Source of the DNA: Azolla caroliniana
Lineage: Eukaryota > Plantae > Polypodiophyta
Length of the DNA stretch: 64,000 nt
NCBI GenBank assembly: GCA_043228905.1
Contig: JBHGNT010000007.1
Span: 17,732,001 to 17,796,000 of the forward strand
Direction of reading: 5' to 3'
In this document: piece after piece, positions 59,200-64,000 of the stretch
How positions within the stretch are numbered: position 1 is the stretch's first letter
How the letters are laid out: every line of letters starts with the position of its first letter
Notes under the pieces: model-generated
Told to the model about the DNA's origin: nothing
The model's database searches: none
Seen by the model: only the letters and a program-made list of their open reading frames with translations
Position numbers and translations under genes: made by a program

Positions 59200-59930
59200 G
59201 GGAAGCACGAAGTCTTTGTCTTCTACCTTCTCCTAGATCTAGTGGTATCTTCGCTAGATGTTCTTGGTTCTCGAGTGGTAGCCCGCATTCTTTGCAAGAT
59301 GGATGGCACTTTGATTGTCACCGTAGAGTTGGTATTCCTCGTATCGGATCCCTAGCTCTTCGATGAAATCCCTCATCCAGATTACTTCCTTGTCAGCTTC
59401 CACGGCCGCCTTGTACTCCGCCTCCGTTGTTGACAATGCAATGGACTTCTGCAGCCTCGACTGCCATGATACGCCCCCCCCCTGCATAAGTCATAACATA
59501 TCCAGACGTCGACCGACTAGTATCTGCATCAACCGACATGTCTGAATCTGTGAAACCTTCAAGTTGGGGTTTACCTAAGCCGAATCAGAGTCACATATTT
59601 GAGGTGTCTTTCAAGTACCGGAGTATTCACTTGACCGTGGCCTAGTGTTCTCTTCCCGGATTGCTCATGAACTGGCTGACTACTCCAACAGCATATCTGA
59701 TGTCCGGTCAGGTGTATAACATTGCATACATAAGGGTTCCAACTATAGAGGCATACAGTATCTTCATCATTTCTGACTTCTCTGCCTTTGTCTTCGGACT
59801 TTACTTTCCAGACATTTTGGAGTTTGCCGGAAGTGTCAACCTGATCGGCTTGGCATCCATCATGCTAAACCTTTGAAGCACCTTTGTCACGTACTTTTCC
59901 TATGACAGCCATAATAGCTTCTTCATTCGG
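59200..59930 (-). pseudogene. pol: Copia (Tnt1-like) RT C-terminus and RNase H of element Z
   Basis: VSWQSRLQKSIALSTTEAEY...DNQSAIHLAKN..YHSRTK, with KLLWLS*EKYVTKVLQRF upstream. Confidence 0.92.
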
Positions 59931-61288
59931 GGTCCCAAATTCAAATAAAACATTTCCACCAACAAATGTGGGTAACACAAAGCAAAATTCATTAGGATGT
60001 GGAATTTGCCCAATCATGTGTATTTTCCCCCTACAAAAACATGACTGAATAGGGTTGTCATTATAATGGCTTGAAATAGGCATATGATCTGGCTAAAATA
60101 GTATAAATAAGTAAAAATACTTTCATCCATTCATTCAACTAGACTTTTATTTCTCATATTGGATGAACAATAAAGGTTGTGCTTCATGATTCATAACATT
60201 AAAGTTTGTAAAGTTGGGTTTTTGCATGTATGGCCAGGTTCTAATGGGTGGAATAAGCCCTACATAGGCAAGGAAAGAATTACCCTTTGATGAATTAGGG
60301 GATTTAAGGCCCAAAACTAGATATGAAGGATACTTCATGTATAATCCTAAATTAGTTGAATATTTGTGCATTTCTTTGGTGTTGTAATGTACATAAAATG
60401 CAAATCTATCTAGATGTATAATTTATTTTTATTTGGTTAACCTATCAATTGGGTATAACACCAGAATATCCATTTCCTAACATTACTTTGATTTTCGTCA
60501 CTATTAGTACACATTTACCCCTTATATCTATGGATTTGCTAGTGATTCTAGAATAGATCTTGATTCTTTTATTTAATCATGATTAATATCATTAGTGCAA
60601 TGCATAAAGGAATAGATAAATGTTTTCTTTAAAGAATCTCATGACTATCTTTGTTAATAAGCCACACTCTTTCTTTATACCAATGCAAGTAATGGCTTAT
60701 CTCTTTTTTCATGAAGGTATTCAAACTCAAAATTTTAGGTACAAAAATGATTTATCTTGATTTGGCCCATTACGATTGTCACTTGATGTGTGAGGTACAA
60801 AAACTACCATAACAAAAAAATTATTATTTGAATCAACTACAAAATTTAGAGGAATGTTTCTATGCAATGCCAACCATCAACTAACAATTTATGTAGATTT
60901 AAAAGTGCATGGATCTATACTCTTATCAAGATATGGCAAAAAGGATAATAGATTGAACTAAGTGATTATGAAATTTTTATTGATGGGTAGTTCAAGCCCA
61001 ATGATGCTAATGTATGGCCTTTTTCCTTATCATATGGATTCTCTAGCGAACACATCTTCAATTTAATAGAATAGTTTATTAACTCTTGCTAAACTTGATG
61101 CTTGATGTTTTCGCAATCCATATATTTCTTGGGTTATTTGTTGCGACGATGGGTTTGAAGTTCTCTCTCATTTCATTCCAACAATGGACTCCCAAAGCCA
61201 TTATTTGTAGCTCCATAAGAAGTTATCGATAATTAGTTTAATGAATTGAGATAAAAAGTTTCAGTTTTGTTTTAATAAAATTACTTGG

Positions 61289-61754
61289 TGTCACAAACGG
61301 GTGGTTGAGGCTAAATACTAAGAGAGAGCGAGAGCATAAGCAAGAGAACAAGACTGTCACGAACAAGTAGACGAGGCTCAATACTAAGACAAGAGAGAGC
61401 ATAGACAAGAGAACAAGCAAGAGAGAGAGAAAATAGATAAAACAACAAGAACTAAATTATATGCTTTCATAACTAGTGTTGTTCACCTTGATTGTAATCA
61501 AGGTGCACCCGAGTATTTATACAAGAATGTGGAGGTATGCATGAAAGCTAGAAAACTTCTAGAGAGTGCATGAAGATGCATTCTCTAGAAGGTTCTTTGA
61601 AAGTTCTCGTGATGAATCTACAATGTAATAAGTTGAATCTTATACAATACAATAAGGCATAGATGGATGTAGCTTAATTGGTAAGGTTGCCCAATAAGAC
61701 GAGAAGGTCATGGGTTTAACCCCCACAATTCCATGTGGCATACTGTCTATGACA
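61289..61754 (-). mobile_element. Probable solo LTR
   Basis: TGTCACAAAC...GTCTATGACA inverted termini. Flanks CTTGG/CCTAG are a degenerate TSD. TATAAATA lies on the minus strand. Confidence 0.6.
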
Positions 61755-62249
61755 CCTAGTATCAAATATTTGCACTTCCTCGCTTAAATATTTTTCCAAC
61801 ACAAACTCATGTTCCAAATTCAAGCTCATGCATCATAGTTCCCGATTAACAATGAGAAAGATTTTGGACTTAGTATTGTATGTGGTTTATGAATTTGACT
61901 TTTTAGTCATAATGTCACTAGGCACCATATATGATTCTAAGGATGATCCGATTTTATTATAGTTAGCATGCCATGTGATATGTAGAAATGTTCAAACCTT
62001 CCATGTATTGCACTTCAACATCTCCAATTTCTTGTCCCCATAGATATTCCCTCGATGAAAGGGAGTTAGGAGAAATGATACAATGGAACCTATGCACGAA
62101 ATAATGAGGAGACATGGAGTTAGATTGAGGATTGATCACATGCCATTCAAGAATCCCCTTGGGAAGTTCTATGTTTGAGTTCGAGTTGGAAAGAGAGCCA
62201 TGGGTATGGGAGACATCCTCTTGGGGAGCTCAATGTTTGTGTTTGTGTT

Positions 62250-62253
<4 letters not shown>

Positions 62254-62333
<80 letters not shown>
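62254..62333. repeat. (GT)n(GA)n compound microsatellite
   Basis: Direct read. Confidence 0.95.
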
Positions 62334-62399
62334 CATTTTTACAAGTGGCTACTAATCTCTAATTAAGGATTATGGTAGATTTTGATACATAATTGACAT

Positions 62400-62770
62400 T
62401 CTAAATTGCCACTTGTAATAAAGGTCTTCAATGGGAAAGCATTGATTGGGGTTTGCCTTAGGGATTAGCTTTAAAATGACAGGGAATAGCAATAGGAAAT
62501 TGTTTCATTTGCATTGTTCAAGTGGAAGATATTACTCATCCTTCCATACAATGCTTGATTGCTCGTTAGATCTGGATTGATATTTTTCAAATTTGGCAAG
62601 TTTTTCAGGTTGTTATTTGATGCGAAGTCGGTGGGTATTTGCAGAATTCACACAAGTTGACCCAAAATTAGAGATGGTGATTGTTTTCCTATTTTTGAGA
62701 TATTGGGGATTGTGTCATATTTGGGATATGTGGAATACTTTTGTATTTGATGGTAGTTATGGATGGAGTC
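62400..62770 (+). mobile_element. Degraded L1 LINE ORF2 C-terminus (zf-RVT region)
   Basis: Hand translation across frameshifts gives KLPLVIKVF...CFICIVQVEDITHPSIQCLIAR*IW...CHIWDMWNTFVFDG, resembling the C-x2-C..E..H..C..IW and IW..RN..VF motifs. Confidence 0.55.
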
Positions 62771-64000
62771 AGAGAATATCTACTAAAGTTAAAGGGAGTA
62801 TTGATGTGGCAATTTTCTTTATTAGAGCAAGTAAATTTTATGTTATTACAACATTTAGAAGAGAATTTAGTTCTAAAACACATTCTTTTGGTACTATTCT
62901 CGTGAACTTTTTCATCAATCAAAGTTTGTGATGAGATTTTCGTAATCTCTTAAGGTAAGGTATTGAAGTAATAGAAAGTGAAGAAGCACACAAAAGGACA
63001 AAAGGCAAATTGATGATATCATCCAAGAGCCAAATCAATAGGTTTAGGCTCGCCGTTCTCCTGGTAATTACAAACATTTCTTAGTTATTGAATCACGATA
63101 TGATTGGTGACAATTGAGAGTGAAGGATCCCACAATGTGTGTGTGTGTGTGTAACAAACTATACTCATAACCCACGCATGTTCAACCTCAAAACAAGAAT
63201 TTAAACTCATGAGCCAATTTTAAGTATCATGAGTCAAACAAACACATTAGCCACACCTAGACAACGAGAAATGTTAAATGTGAAATCATGTTTGGGTTGA
63301 TGTGCTCAAATTTAAATCTTGGACAAATTAACAAGTTCACAAAAGGACATTTCCTATCATTAAGGTGTTGGCTAGACCATACAAAACACAACGGGTATGG
63401 TTGACATTGGGATGGGAGTTGAACTAGACCTAATCCAAGGCAAAGGCATAAACCAACTTACCTCAACAAGCATCACTATGACCCCTATATACAACACTCA
63501 AAACATAAATGCAAACCTCAGCTTGTTAGGACACAATAGACATGCCATCCCATTAGAGACAAAAACTGTAGAAAAAGGGATAGACCTCTTGTCTATAATG
63601 GGAAGAGTTAGAACTAGAAGCTATACTACTTGAAACAAAACTAAGAACATAACTTTGTAACATACAACGTCCTATGTAAGTTGGAGTCAAGTAAACGTGA
63701 GTTGACCAAAGTAATGGGACACCAAACACCTAGGAGGTTTGTTACTAGCGAAGATTCATAACTAGGTACAAGAACTTTGATACAACATGCTCCATTAAAG
63801 TTTACCCTTCTAGACATTGTCAATCCAATCCACTCCCCCCATACACATTCCTCTCACGTTCATAACATGCACTTCCGATTGCAACATTTGTCAATAAAAT
63901 TCTTGAATGCTAAGAGTCGCTACTCAATTCCACACTTACTATGTAAAAGTTATTCAATGTTAGTAGAGTCCCATATGTTATATTTGATCTATGAGCCTCG

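Larger units (their letters stand above)
45531..59930 (-). mobile_element. Ty1/Copia element Z, 3' part; its 3' LTR (~45531-45714 + 58677-59115) is split by element C
   Basis: PPT TGAGGGGGAAGAT on the minus strand at 59116-59128. The LTR halves rejoin collinearly with solo LTR 56028-56649. RT/RH lie to the right. Confidence 0.8.

Noticed and set aside
59935-61285. Possible upstream part of the L1 fragment
   Set aside because: No recognisable endonuclease or RT motif by eye. Needs a tBLASTn or HMM search.

Overview
This is a eukaryotic, almost certainly land-plant, transposon-dense window with no intact host gene. A non-seed plant such as a fern is my unverified guess. It is a nested pile of LTR retrotransposons. 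Four related non-chromovirus Ty3/Gypsy elements dominate: A (2510-40693, +), G (18846-38857, -, inside A), E (19312-29484, -, inside G, near-identical LTRs) and C (45715-58676, +). Each has gag-PR-RT-RH-INT plus a long extra 3' coiled-coil ORF. Also present are a second Gypsy lineage (B), Copia remnants and several solo LTRs. DNA transposons are a complete-ended pogo-type element (45771-48725) and a truncated Sola2-like element (9526-~15950) carrying a convergent FCP1/HAD-like gene. There is also a processed pseudogene of mitochondrial-type RPL13 and an L1 fragment. The most striking observation is that none of the four related Gypsy elements has a polypurine tract next to its 3' LTR. All four instead carry a sense-strand copy of a tRNA-Arg 3' end, ending in CCA exactly 2 nt before the LTR, which suggests tRNA-primed plus-strand synthesis. 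Coordinates were read by eye and may be off by a few bases. Family assignments rest on recalled motifs, not database searches.
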